A DNA stretch of 64,000 nt, from the sequence record SRR31156797_1198; one strand, 5' to 3'. Position 1 is the first letter of the stretch, and each line of letters starts with the position of its first letter. Below, piece after piece: positions 19,308 through 27,875 of the stretch. The notes beneath the pieces were generated by a model that saw only the letters and a list, made by a program, of their open reading frames with translations, searched no databases and was not told the DNA's origin. The position numbers and the translations under genes are program-made.

Positions 19308-21011
19308 TCACTGACGGTTTTTTTGAGGAGGTAAGTCTTGCGGTATGAGTAGAACAATTGTGGTGTTTTCACCTTTTACTGATTGAATCGATAAGGAAGC
19401 TTGCGTGCCATAGTACAATGCTAGCCGTTGGCGTACATTGTTGATACCATAATGTTGATCAGAAGGTTCCTCCAGTTGTTTTAGCTGTTCAGGATCAATC
19501 CCGGGACCATTGTCTTGAATCTCAAACCGTAGCCATTGTCCTTCTTTGAGGCAGCGGATCGTCAATACCCCTCTGCGGTCATCTTCAATATGATCAAGCC
19601 CATGAAAGACGGCATTCTCGACAAACGGTTGCAAGAGCAGATGGATCATCGGATATTCACCGATATTTGAGTCAATTTCGAGGACTAAATCAAAGGAATG
19701 GTGATGCATTTTTTGCTGAATTTTAGCATAGGTGATCGTCAGATCGAGTTCTTTGCTGACGGATAGCCGGTTGGATCCTTGGTTTAGGCTGAGACGGTAG
19801 AATCGAGACAGCAGCTGAGCCATCTCACGGATCTCGTGATTGCCGTTTAGTGTGGCAGTATTGCTGATCAGTGCTAAGGAATTATAAAAGAAATGCGGAT
19901 TGATCTGGGCTTGCAGAGCCCGCAATTCGTATTCTTTTTGTTTCAATTCGGCTTCATATACTTCATTGATCAGCTCAGCGATTTTATCTAGCATTTTTTG
20001 AAAATTGGTGTATAACTGCCCGACTTCATCTTTTGAAGAATATGTGTGCTGGATTTTGAATTGATCCATTGATAAAGAGGCCATTTGCTGGGTCAAAGAG
20101 TTGATCGGCTGTACCACGGTTTTAGCCAACCACCAGCTGGATAAAACCAATATCATTAATACAAAACCAAAGATAATAAGTGCCGCACCAACTAGATACA
20201 GTAAACTGCTGAAAAATGACTGTGCGGTTTTAACAAAAACGATTTGCCAATGATTATCCAGCAGTACAGGTGCCTCTTCAATAACTGCGTTTCCAACCAG
20301 CCACTGTTTTTGAGTACGTTGCTGCTTCGTCAAATAATCAATGCGGTAAAGCGTCTGCCCGGTCTCTGACTGAATCGTCAAATCATAAGGCTCCTCAGTG
20401 ACTGCATCAAGATTCGTGAACAATGCTGCTCGATCGATGGTTAAAACGATGTAGTTTAAGGAATCTGCGGTATGGCCTTTTAAAAAAAGGTTGGTATAAA
20501 AAGAAAGTTCCTCCCGTTCTTTGTCAAAATACGTTCGAATCTCGGTCGAAGGTTTCTCTTTGAGAAAAGGCAGTGCTGTATCAGCCGTGATTTTTTTGAC
20601 GTATTGCCCATGATCATAAAGATCGATCGTGGTGTATAGCGTGATGCCTTTAATATCTGCTTGCGGAAAACGAACACTGTGAAACAAAGGCACGATCGTA
20701 TTTTGAAAGAGATTGTATTGATCAAAGTTTGAGAAGCGTTGACTAGAAAGCTCTTGCGTCAAGGCGGTATTGTTGGCTAAAAAGAGCAGGCTGTCCCGAT
20801 AGGTGTGGATCTTGCTTTCTAACTGATAGCTGATACTTTTGAGATTATCGGAGTAAGCACTTTTTTCCTGCTGTTGGATAAAGGCTCGGATGATAGATAC
20901 CCCGACAAAGGTCAAAACGATCAGAGGAACAATGCTTGAAAGAATTGAAATAAGGGCGATCTTTTTTTGAAAACGAAAATTTTTAACACAATCGTGGACT
21001 TTTCTTAACAA
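19308..21011 (-). CDS. YesM/LytS-type sensor histidine kinase
   Basis: Two TMs, HAMP domain, LQAQINPHFFYNSL H-box, QPFVENAVFHG, DNGPG. Confidence 0.92.
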   Translation of the reverse strand: MLRKVHDCVKNFRFQKKIALISILSSIVPLIVLTFVGVSIIRAFIQQQEKSAYSDNLKSISYQLESKIHTYRDSLLFLANNTALTQELSSQRFSNFDQYNLFQNTIVPLFHSVRFPQADIKGITLYTTIDLYDHGQYVKKITADTALPFLKEKPSTEIRTYFDKEREELSFYTNLFLKGHTADSLNYIVLTIDRAALFTNLDAVTEEPYDLTIQSETGQTLYRIDYLTKQQRTQKQWLVGNAVIEEAPVLLDNHWQIVFVKTAQSFFSSLLYLVGAALIIFGFVLMILVLSSWWLAKTVVQPINSLTQQMASLSMDQFKIQHTYSSKDEVGQLYTNFQKMLDKIAELINEVYEAELKQKEYELRALQAQINPHFFYNSLALISNTATLNGNHEIREMAQLLSRFYRLSLNQGSNRLSVSKELDLTITYAKIQQKMHHHSFDLVLEIDSNIGEYPMIHLLLQPFVENAVFHGLDHIEDDRRGVLTIRCLKEGQWLRFEIQDNGPGIDPEQLKQLEEPSDQHYGINNVRQRLALYYGTQASLSIQSVKGENTTIVLLIPQDLPPQKNRQ

Positions 21012-21666
21012 GAGGGACCTCTCTTTCTATACGCATCCGGCGTCATTCCGACAATTTCTCGGAACGTTTTGCAAAAATAGGAATAATGATTAAAGCCAAC
21101 TTGTTTGGAGATAGTTCGAATGCTGCAGTTCGAGTTCTTTAAACGCTTCTGAGCCTGTTTGATACGGTAAGACTTGATGTATTTGGTGATACCCATGCCT
21201 TCAGAAGTACTGAATAATTCGCTTAGGTAGTTAGGATTGATATTGACTTCCTTTGCTAACCGATCCAAGCTCAACTCTTGGTGAAAATGAGCGAATATAT
21301 AGGATTTTACTTGGCGCACATAGTCATTTGACTGGCTCCCGTTGATTTGAAGCAATGCATCATGGATATAATGGAAGAGGGCATCAAAAATATCCGCAAT
21401 TAGTTGCAGACTTGGCGCTTCCAGTATTTTTCCAATCTGATTAGCGCCACACTCCGCATCAAAAGTGATCGTGCACTGATCGAGGATTGTTTGATAAAAG
21501 GTCGCAAAATAAAACTTGGCATTGGTTGGTTCCTCACGTCCATTTGTTTCAAAGCAGTCGAAAACTGTTTTCACAAGCGCGTGGGCTTTTTTACTTTCGT
21601 ATTGATTCACATACGAAACGGTTTTTTCGAAAAGCGCTTTCTTGACGATGTAGTGATCTCCCGGAA
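21005..21666 (-). pseudogene. YesN-type AraC response regulator, 5'-truncated (receiver domain absent)
   Basis: C-terminal AraC double HTH (LSLDRLAKEVNINPNYLSELF...VGFNHYSYFCKTFREIVGMTP) coupled to the kinase gene. Upstream of ~21666 the frame is antisense flagellin sequence. Confidence 0.85.
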
Positions 21667-22623
21667 GCAGCTGGCTTAGCAATTTCTGAAAAAATGAAAG
21701 GCCAAATCGGCGGTTTGTCACAAGCAAAAAGCAATGCACAAGATGGTATCTCATTGATCCAAACAGCAGAAGGTGCATTAAATGAAACCCACAGCATCTT
21801 AGGCCGTATGCGTGACCTTGCGGTTCAAAGTTCAAACGGTACGTTAAGTGATGACGACCGCAGTGCGATCAACAAAGAATACACTGCATTGTCTGATGAA
21901 ATCGACCGTATCAGCAATACCACTGAATTCAATACAAAAAGCTTGTTAACTGGTGAAGGCGATGATGCGAAATCATTCACTTTCCAAATCGGTGCCAACG
22001 CAAACCAAACAATGAGCGTTTCAATCAACAACATGAGCTCATCTGCCTTGAAAGTAAAAGGCTTAGATTTAACACAAGCCATTGACACAAGCGATGCCAA
22101 AGCTGTTGCTGCAGCAAAAGATAAAGCAGTAGCGACTGCCTTCAAAGCAGATGCTACAACAAAATATGCAGCGGACGGCACAGTTGATGCGGCAGCTGGT
22201 AAAACAGTTGCTGAATTACAAACAGCCATCGATACAGCTGCGGATGATACAGCAAAAGCAACAGCTCAAAAAACATACGATGATGCTTTAGCAACATTTA
22301 CCGCTTCTGATGAAGGCAAAGCAGCAGCGGCAACTGTCAGCGTTGAAAACAACCCAATCACGAAAATCGATGAAGCGATCAAAGCAGTTTCTGCACAACG
22401 TGCGGATCTTGGTGCGGCGCAAAACCGTCTAGAACACACAATCAACAACTTAGGTACAACACAAGAAAACCTATCTGAAGCTAACTCACGTATCCGTGAC
22501 GTTGATATGGCCCAAGAAATGATGAGCTTTACGAAGAGCAACATCCTTTCTCAAGCAGCAACTTCAATGTTGGCACAAGCAAACTCAATGCCTAACAGCG
22601 TATTGAGCTTGTTACAAGGATAA
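21667..22623 (+). pseudogene. fliC: Flagellin, 5'-truncated (about 40 N-terminal codons, RBS and promoter missing)
   Basis: The frame reads AAGLAISEK before Met 21694, i.e. the internal DDAAGLAISEKM motif. In-frame TGA at 21643. C-terminus intact (RADLGAAQNRLE...SRIRDVDMA...LSLLQG). Confidence 0.92.
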
Positions 22624-22645
22624 TTTTTGATCAAGTGAACCACTG

Positions 22646-22686
22646 ACACAAGGACTGCCTAGGGGAAGCGCAGTTCTTGTGTTTTA
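22646..22686 (+). terminator. Hairpin/terminator after flagellin
   Basis: ACACAAGGACTGC / GCAGTTCTTGTGT plus T-run. Confidence 0.7.
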
Positions 22687-22725
22687 CATAGCAGCACAAA
22701 AACGCTTAGAAATGAGGAAGCTCTG

Positions 22726-23139
22726 ATGGATATTCAGCCAATGTCAGGAATATACCCGATCGAAGCCGTTGCGTCGGTCGCTAAAGCACGTCCGATCGAA
22801 TCCCTAGATCAAGAGACCGCCATCCTTCAGCCGCAACACCAAGAGGGGAAACTGGCGGAGAAAAAGGAACGGACAGTGGTCACTGAACCGCCGATCCACT
22901 ATTTTTCAGTAGCCGATCAGCACAAGATCGCAGCCTCCGTGGAGGAAGTGAATCAGCGACTACTTGGCAAAGATATGAAATTGGCTTATGAGGTACATGA
23001 GCGCACAGGGCGTACGATGGTGCGTTTAGTGGATATGCAGACCAACGAAGTGATCAAAGAGATCCCACCAGCCAACATGCTAGATGTGATTGGAAAAATA
23101 TGGGATGACATGGGCATTGCGGTCGATCGAAAGGGATGA
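22726..23139 (+). CDS. flaG: Flagellar protein FlaG
   Basis: VHERTGR.MVRLVD..T.EVIKEIPP motif. Lies between flagellin and fliD. Confidence 0.9.
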   Translation: MDIQPMSGIYPIEAVASVAKARPIESLDQETAILQPQHQEGKLAEKKERTVVTEPPIHYFSVADQHKIAASVEEVNQRLLGKDMKLAYEVHERTGRTMVRLVDMQTNEVIKEIPPANMLDVIGKIWDDMGIAVDRKG

Positions 23140-23143
23140 AACT

Positions 23144-24565
23144 ATGGCAAGTGTAACCAGCAGTTCAGGAATCAGTACAACGCTAGGGAGTTATTCTGGC
23201 GTGACTTCAGAAGATATTGAAAAATTATTGGCGGCAGATGCGATCAATAAGACCCGCGCTGAGAATAAAATCACGTCGCTTAAAGCACAAAAAACGGCAT
23301 GGAGTGATATCAGCACTCGCTTGACTAACTTTTTGTCAAAAGTCGATGCGTTACAAAAAGATGATGCTTATCAAACAAAAAAAGCGACGACCACCAATAG
23401 TAGTATCGCTTCAATTGCAGGAACAACGGAAGCCCCAGAAGGCACCTATGATCTAAAAGTCAACCAACTAGCAACCGCCACGAAGGTGACGGGGAGTCAA
23501 GTAGCTCAAAGCAGCAAAACGGCCCTAAATGTCAGTGGTCAGCTCTCATTGACCAGTTCGGAAGTCGATGAAGATGGCAAACCGATCACCGCTTCGATCG
23601 AGATCACGGCCGAAGATAGCTTAAAAGATGTGGCAGCTAAGATCAATGGCCAAAGCAAGACGACCTTCGTTGCAGCGAGCATCGTGGATAACCGTTTGAT
23701 TTTAACGAATACGAAAATGGGCGACAAAAACTTCTTGATCGACGGCAATGCCGCCGAAGGATTAGGGATCGGTTCAACTGCGGCTACGACGCAAGGCCAA
23801 CCGGCTATTTTTGAACTAGACGGCATGGAGATCACCCGCGACAGCAATAGTGTGACGGATGTTATCGATGGTGTCACGCTGACGTTAGCGAAAAAAAGCG
23901 AGGAGCATGTGACGCTTTCTTTAGCTAATGATACTTCGAAAGTCGTTGATGCAGTACAAGGATTAGTGGATCAATACAATAGCTTGATGAGTTTTATCGG
24001 CGATAATTTGACCGTGGGAGATCCTAGTAGTGAAAACAACAAGACGGGGACCTTGGTGGGAGACAGTGCGTTGACCCGTCTACAGACTCAATTGCGAAAT
24101 TTGATCACCATTCCAGCCGTCAGCGGCTCAAAGCTGACCGCTAATAAGCTAGGCATCTCCACCGTCGATAATGATGGTACATTGGGACTGGATACGACAA
24201 AGTTAAAAGAAGCCCTAGCGGAAGATCCCGCTGCTGTGAAGTCCTTCTTTTATGCAAGTACGAAAACCAAAGAAGCCGATGGCACTGCGAGTACGAAAGA
24301 GACCGGCTATACATTAGCGCTAAAAGAATTAGCCAACAGCTATGTCGTCAATACTTCAGCCAATAAAGGGATCATTGCCACCAAATCTGCGACCTATGAC
24401 AGTACCATCAAGGATTTGAACAAGCAGATCACACGGTTTGATGCTATTTTAGCAATGAAAAAAGAGCGTTACATCACAATGTTTACCAAATTAGACTCCG
24501 TGATGATGGAGGCTGAAAATCAGCTGAGTTACCTAAGCAATCAGTTTGCCAATACGTCAAACTAG
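23144..24565 (+). CDS. fliD: Flagellar filament cap protein
   Basis: G.Y...V.QLATA, SNSVTDVIDGVTLTL and C-terminal ERY..MFTKLD motifs. Confidence 0.93.
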   Translation: MASVTSSSGISTTLGSYSGVTSEDIEKLLAADAINKTRAENKITSLKAQKTAWSDISTRLTNFLSKVDALQKDDAYQTKKATTTNSSIASIAGTTEAPEGTYDLKVNQLATATKVTGSQVAQSSKTALNVSGQLSLTSSEVDEDGKPITASIEITAEDSLKDVAAKINGQSKTTFVAASIVDNRLILTNTKMGDKNFLIDGNAAEGLGIGSTAATTQGQPAIFELDGMEITRDSNSVTDVIDGVTLTLAKKSEEHVTLSLANDTSKVVDAVQGLVDQYNSLMSFIGDNLTVGDPSSENNKTGTLVGDSALTRLQTQLRNLITIPAVSGSKLTANKLGISTVDNDGTLGLDTTKLKEALAEDPAAVKSFFYASTKTKEADGTASTKETGYTLALKELANSYVVNTSANKGIIATKSATYDSTIKDLNKQITRFDAILAMKKERYITMFTKLDSVMMEAENQLSYLSNQFANTSN

Positions 24566-24639
24566 GCAGGATAGCCGATTAAAGCAGTCATTTTTTCATT
24601 TGCATAAGAAACCCTCGTCAACAAGAAAGGAAACAACCT

Positions 24640-24969
24640 ATGGAGCCACACGTATCATTAGATGAACGTTTGAATCAGATTTTAACTGGGTTTGCAAAAT
24701 GGCGCGGCGACAGCGAAGAAGCCGGTCGTTTGATGGCAGCCAATGCAGCGGTCATAGCAGCCATGCAAGCAGAAGAACAGAGCCATAGTCCACAAACCAG
24801 TGCATTGGCGCAACAAGTGATCCAAGCGTATCAAGCGTTCCTAGACCAGGTCAAAGCCCAGCAGCAAGAGATCAAACAAGAATTGGGGCGTTTGAACCGC
24901 AAAAACAATCTTGTCAAAACGTATTTGCAGCAAGAAGACAGTGCCGCCTTCGTCGAATTTGATTTATAG
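24640..24969 (+). CDS. Small helical protein, probable FliT-like chaperone
   Basis: Helical 109-aa protein between fliD and fliS with a Y...F.E C-terminus and a good RBS. Confidence 0.5.
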   Translation: MEPHVSLDERLNQILTGFAKWRGDSEEAGRLMAANAAVIAAMQAEEQSHSPQTSALAQQVIQAYQAFLDQVKAQQQEIKQELGRLNRKNNLVKTYLQQEDSAAFVEFDL

Positions 24970-24982
24970 TGAGGAAAAAAAG

Positions 24983-25351
24983 ATGAATTATCAAAAAATG
25001 CAAAACAACTATCTGCAGAACCAAGTAATGAGTGCCTCCCCCAACAAACTGATTGAAATGCTGTTGCAAGCAGCCATCAAAAACATCAAATTAGCAGTGA
25101 TCGCATTGGAAAAAGAAGAGTTGAGCCAAGCCCATCAGCAATTTGTCAAGGCGCAGAATATTTTATTGGAATTACGGGTCTCTTTAGACCGTGAGCAAGG
25201 CGGCGCTATTGCTGAAGATCTCGATCAGCTTTATGGCTATATGTACGATCAGCTGGTCAGTGCCAATGTCCAAAAAGAGGCAGCCCCTGCAGAAACGGTC
25301 GTCCCACTTTTAAGCGAACTACTGGAAAGCTGGCAAACGATCACCCAATAA
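24983..25351 (+). CDS. fliS: Flagellin export chaperone
   Basis: Y..NQVMSASP.KLI.ML, KAQNILLEL..SLD, LDQLYGYM motifs. Confidence 0.93.
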   Translation: MNYQKMQNNYLQNQVMSASPNKLIEMLLQAAIKNIKLAVIALEKEELSQAHQQFVKAQNILLELRVSLDREQGGAIAEDLDQLYGYMYDQLVSANVQKEAAPAETVVPLLSELLESWQTITQ

Positions 25352-25516
25352 ATTTGAGAAAAAGCAAAGAAACGACCACCTAAAACCTAGAAAAGTTTAG
25401 TAATTGGTTAAATTTTTACCATGTATCCCTTTTCACTAAGCTTTCTTTTTCCCCTCCTCGTCCCTATCTGGTACTCTTTTTATGAGCGTACCGAAAAGGT
25501 GCAAGGAGGTTTTTTT

Positions 25517-27268
25517 TTGAAACAAAAAATAGTACAAAAGCCGCTTTTCTGGCAAGTGGTGATTCTGATTGCAATGAGTGGTGTTTTTTTATTACCGCAG
25601 ATCTTAGGCCAAGGCATGATTTTGGGCTCTGATGTGGTCTTTCACTTCAATCGTTTTTATGAGACCAGCCAGCAGATCAAAGAGGGCAATTTTCAATATT
25701 TTCTTTCTATCTACGGGTTTCAGCAATCTGCTCGTATCGTCAATGCATTATACGGTCCCTTTTTTGCCTATTTCCAAGGTCTGCTGGTCTTGCTGAGTCC
25801 TTCGTGGTTTTCCTACCAACTGCTCGCCAATGGGCTGCTCTATCTGCTAGCAGGGTTTTCGATGTTTGGCTTATTAAAGAAACTACGAGTCAATGGCTGG
25901 CTGTCAGTGGGGATGAGCATCCTGTTTATGGCGACCTATTCTGTCCAGTATTGGATTGAGCGGCAGGGCTTTTCTGCTTGGGGAGCAGCCGTGTTACCGC
26001 TGTGTCTGATTCCACTGATCGCACTAGGGGAACATAAACGGTTGCGGCCTTTTGCGGTAGGGGTTTCCGTGGCGGTCTTATTTCAAATCCATGTGTTTTC
26101 AAGCATCTTGTTAGTGCTCTTATATGTGCCCTTTTTCTTACGCGCCTTTTTTGTTGGAACTTCCGGCGAAGAAAAACGACAATTGGTGCTGCGCTTAGCA
26201 GGAGCGATCGGGATTTTCTTGCTGCTGACCGCCAATATTTGGTTAGGGATGTTGGATCTCTATACGAGTAACACGTTGATCGCGCCTTTTGTGAATCGCA
26301 ACATGCAGAACAATACCATTACTGGAACCAGCAGCTATTGGTGGACGACTCCGTACCTGCTGCCAATCTTATGTGCCTTGTTCTTTTGCGGTGCGATTCG
26401 TGTATGGCCTCGTCTATCCGGCGGCTTCAAATTAATGACAGCAGCTGCAGCGGTCTTTTTCGTTTTATCATCGAACGCTATTCCTTGGCAATGGCTAGGC
26501 AGTCTGGACAATGGTGTGATCAATTTACTACAATTCCCTTTTCGGTTCTTTGTTCCTGCCACGATTTTGATCTTAGTCGGTTTGTGCCTGCTGGTTCCTT
26601 ATTATCGGGGCAAGCCATTGGCAAATCCGCGTTGGTTCGTCCTCGTTTTAGTTTTGAGTGTTGGTCAAATCCTGATCCAAAACACGGTCAAAATGCAGGA
26701 CTGGCACTCCGATGAAGCGGCAGTTTCACTGCGAAACCACACCTATCTCTCGGCGGAATCTGAAGCGCAATTGAAGGAAGCCTATTTTAGTAAAGACAAG
26801 TCCTTAGCATTAGCGCTGTATCAACGTTCTACCCCAGATTATCTGCCCCTCTATCAAGAGACCAAGAAGAACAAGTACAATTTGTACGGGGAAGAAATCA
26901 TTGAAAAAAATGATACCGTGGCAAAAACCGTAGAAAACGGGAAACTTACTTTACGTTGGCAAGGTGATCAAGAGGCGTGGAAGGCGTTACCGATCATCAA
27001 TTACCGCTATACTGAATTGACCCTCAATCAGCAGCCACTAACTGAGAAAGATGTCTCTTTGAGTGCCATTGGTGCCGTTTCTGTCCAACAGCAAGCAGGG
27101 GAGAATGTCTTAGTCGTTGACTATGACGCACCTTGGTTTTTCGACGGAGCTTTATGGCTGACGATCATTTCTTGGATCGCTTTACTCATCGGCTTTATCA
27201 GCTGGAAAACAAGACAGCTGTATCGTCGTCGTAAGGTCGTACAAGCTTTATTGAAAGAATCTGAATAA
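25517..27268 (+). CDS. Polytopic membrane protein, YfhO/GT-C-like
   Basis: GSD..FH.NRF, YGP, LQFPFRF, TPDYLP motifs and many TM helices. TTG start after AGGAGG. Confidence 0.6.
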   Translation: MKQKIVQKPLFWQVVILIAMSGVFLLPQILGQGMILGSDVVFHFNRFYETSQQIKEGNFQYFLSIYGFQQSARIVNALYGPFFAYFQGLLVLLSPSWFSYQLLANGLLYLLAGFSMFGLLKKLRVNGWLSVGMSILFMATYSVQYWIERQGFSAWGAAVLPLCLIPLIALGEHKRLRPFAVGVSVAVLFQIHVFSSILLVLLYVPFFLRAFFVGTSGEEKRQLVLRLAGAIGIFLLLTANIWLGMLDLYTSNTLIAPFVNRNMQNNTITGTSSYWWTTPYLLPILCALFFCGAIRVWPRLSGGFKLMTAAAAVFFVLSSNAIPWQWLGSLDNGVINLLQFPFRFFVPATILILVGLCLLVPYYRGKPLANPRWFVLVLVLSVGQILIQNTVKMQDWHSDEAAVSLRNHTYLSAESEAQLKEAYFSKDKSLALALYQRSTPDYLPLYQETKKNKYNLYGEEIIEKNDTVAKTVENGKLTLRWQGDQEAWKALPIINYRYTELTLNQQPLTEKDVSLSAIGAVSVQQQAGENVLVVDYDAPWFFDGALWLTIISWIALLIGFISWKTRQLYRRRKVVQALLKESE

Positions 27269-27278
27269 AATGAATCAG

Positions 27279-27316
27279 AAAAGAACTTCAGCGAGAGGGC
27301 TGAAGTTCTTTTTTTG
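27279..27316 (+). terminator. Intrinsic terminator
   Basis: AGAACTTCAGC / GCTGAAGTTCT plus T-run. Confidence 0.85.
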
Positions 27317-27357
27317 TTGATCAGCAACAGTGTACCTATTTTTTTCCGAGAGAAACA

Positions 27358-27393
27358 ATAATCGTTGCGTGCGCAACGATTATTCCTTATAAT
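27358..27393 (+). promoter_or_regulatory. MarR operator overlapping a sigma-A promoter
   Basis: Perfect palindrome ATAATCGTTGCG-tg-CGCAACGATTAT over TTGCGT-N17-TATAAT. Confidence 0.8.
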
Positions 27394-27434
27394 AGATAAG
27401 ACACTTTGAAGAACCAAGAAAGGCAGGAGTGCTC

Positions 27435-27875
27435 ATGGAAGCCATTATCCGCTCAATCAATCATATTGCCCGTCTCGCCACCCTTTATCGGGAAAAAGAA
27501 CTGAAAAAATTTGGTTTAGGTGGGATGCATCATACCTATATCTTAAACATTTGCCGTCAACCGGGGATCAGTCAAGAAGCCTTAGCCAAGAAGATTTTTG
27601 TTAATAAAAGCAATGTTGCCCGTCAACTAGCGATCTTAGAAGAACGAGGATTTGTCACTAGAACCAGCAGTCCCACCGACAAACGACAATTACTGGTTTA
27701 TCCAACCGAAAAAGCACTTGTTGTCCAACCAAAGATCCAACAGCTGCTTCAAAGCTGGAATGAACAAGTCGTAGCAGGTTTTTCTGCTGCCCAACAGCAG
27801 CAGTTGATCGCTGATCTGGAAATCGTCAAAGAAAATTCCCAACGGCTTTTAGCGAAAGTTGAGGCGATGGAATGA
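27435..27875 (+). CDS. MarR-family regulator
   Basis: GISQEALAK...KSNVARQL..LEERGFV.R...DKR winged helix. Confidence 0.92.
   Translation: MEAIIRSINHIARLATLYREKELKKFGLGGMHHTYILNICRQPGISQEALAKKIFVNKSNVARQLAILEERGFVTRTSSPTDKRQLLVYPTEKALVVQPKIQQLLQSWNEQVVAGFSAAQQQQLIADLEIVKENSQRLLAKVEAME

Noticed and set aside
21600-21720. IS scar or recombinase site at the junction
   Set aside because: No terminal inverted repeats, target duplication, transposase or recombinase gene is visible in the window. Microhomology cannot be judged without the parental sequences.
22080-22345. GCA-rich quasi-repeats in flagellin
   Set aside because: Ala/Thr/Asp-rich variable domain, normal for flagellins.
21694-22623. 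ORF-track 309-aa protein as a complete short flagellin
   Set aside because: Met 21694 is an internal residue. Homology extends upstream (AAGLAISEK), there is no RBS, and the N-terminal D0 region is absent.
24555-24583. Sigma-D promoter before the fliT-like gene (GCCGATTA)
   Set aside because: The -10-like octamer has no TAAA -35 at the proper spacing.
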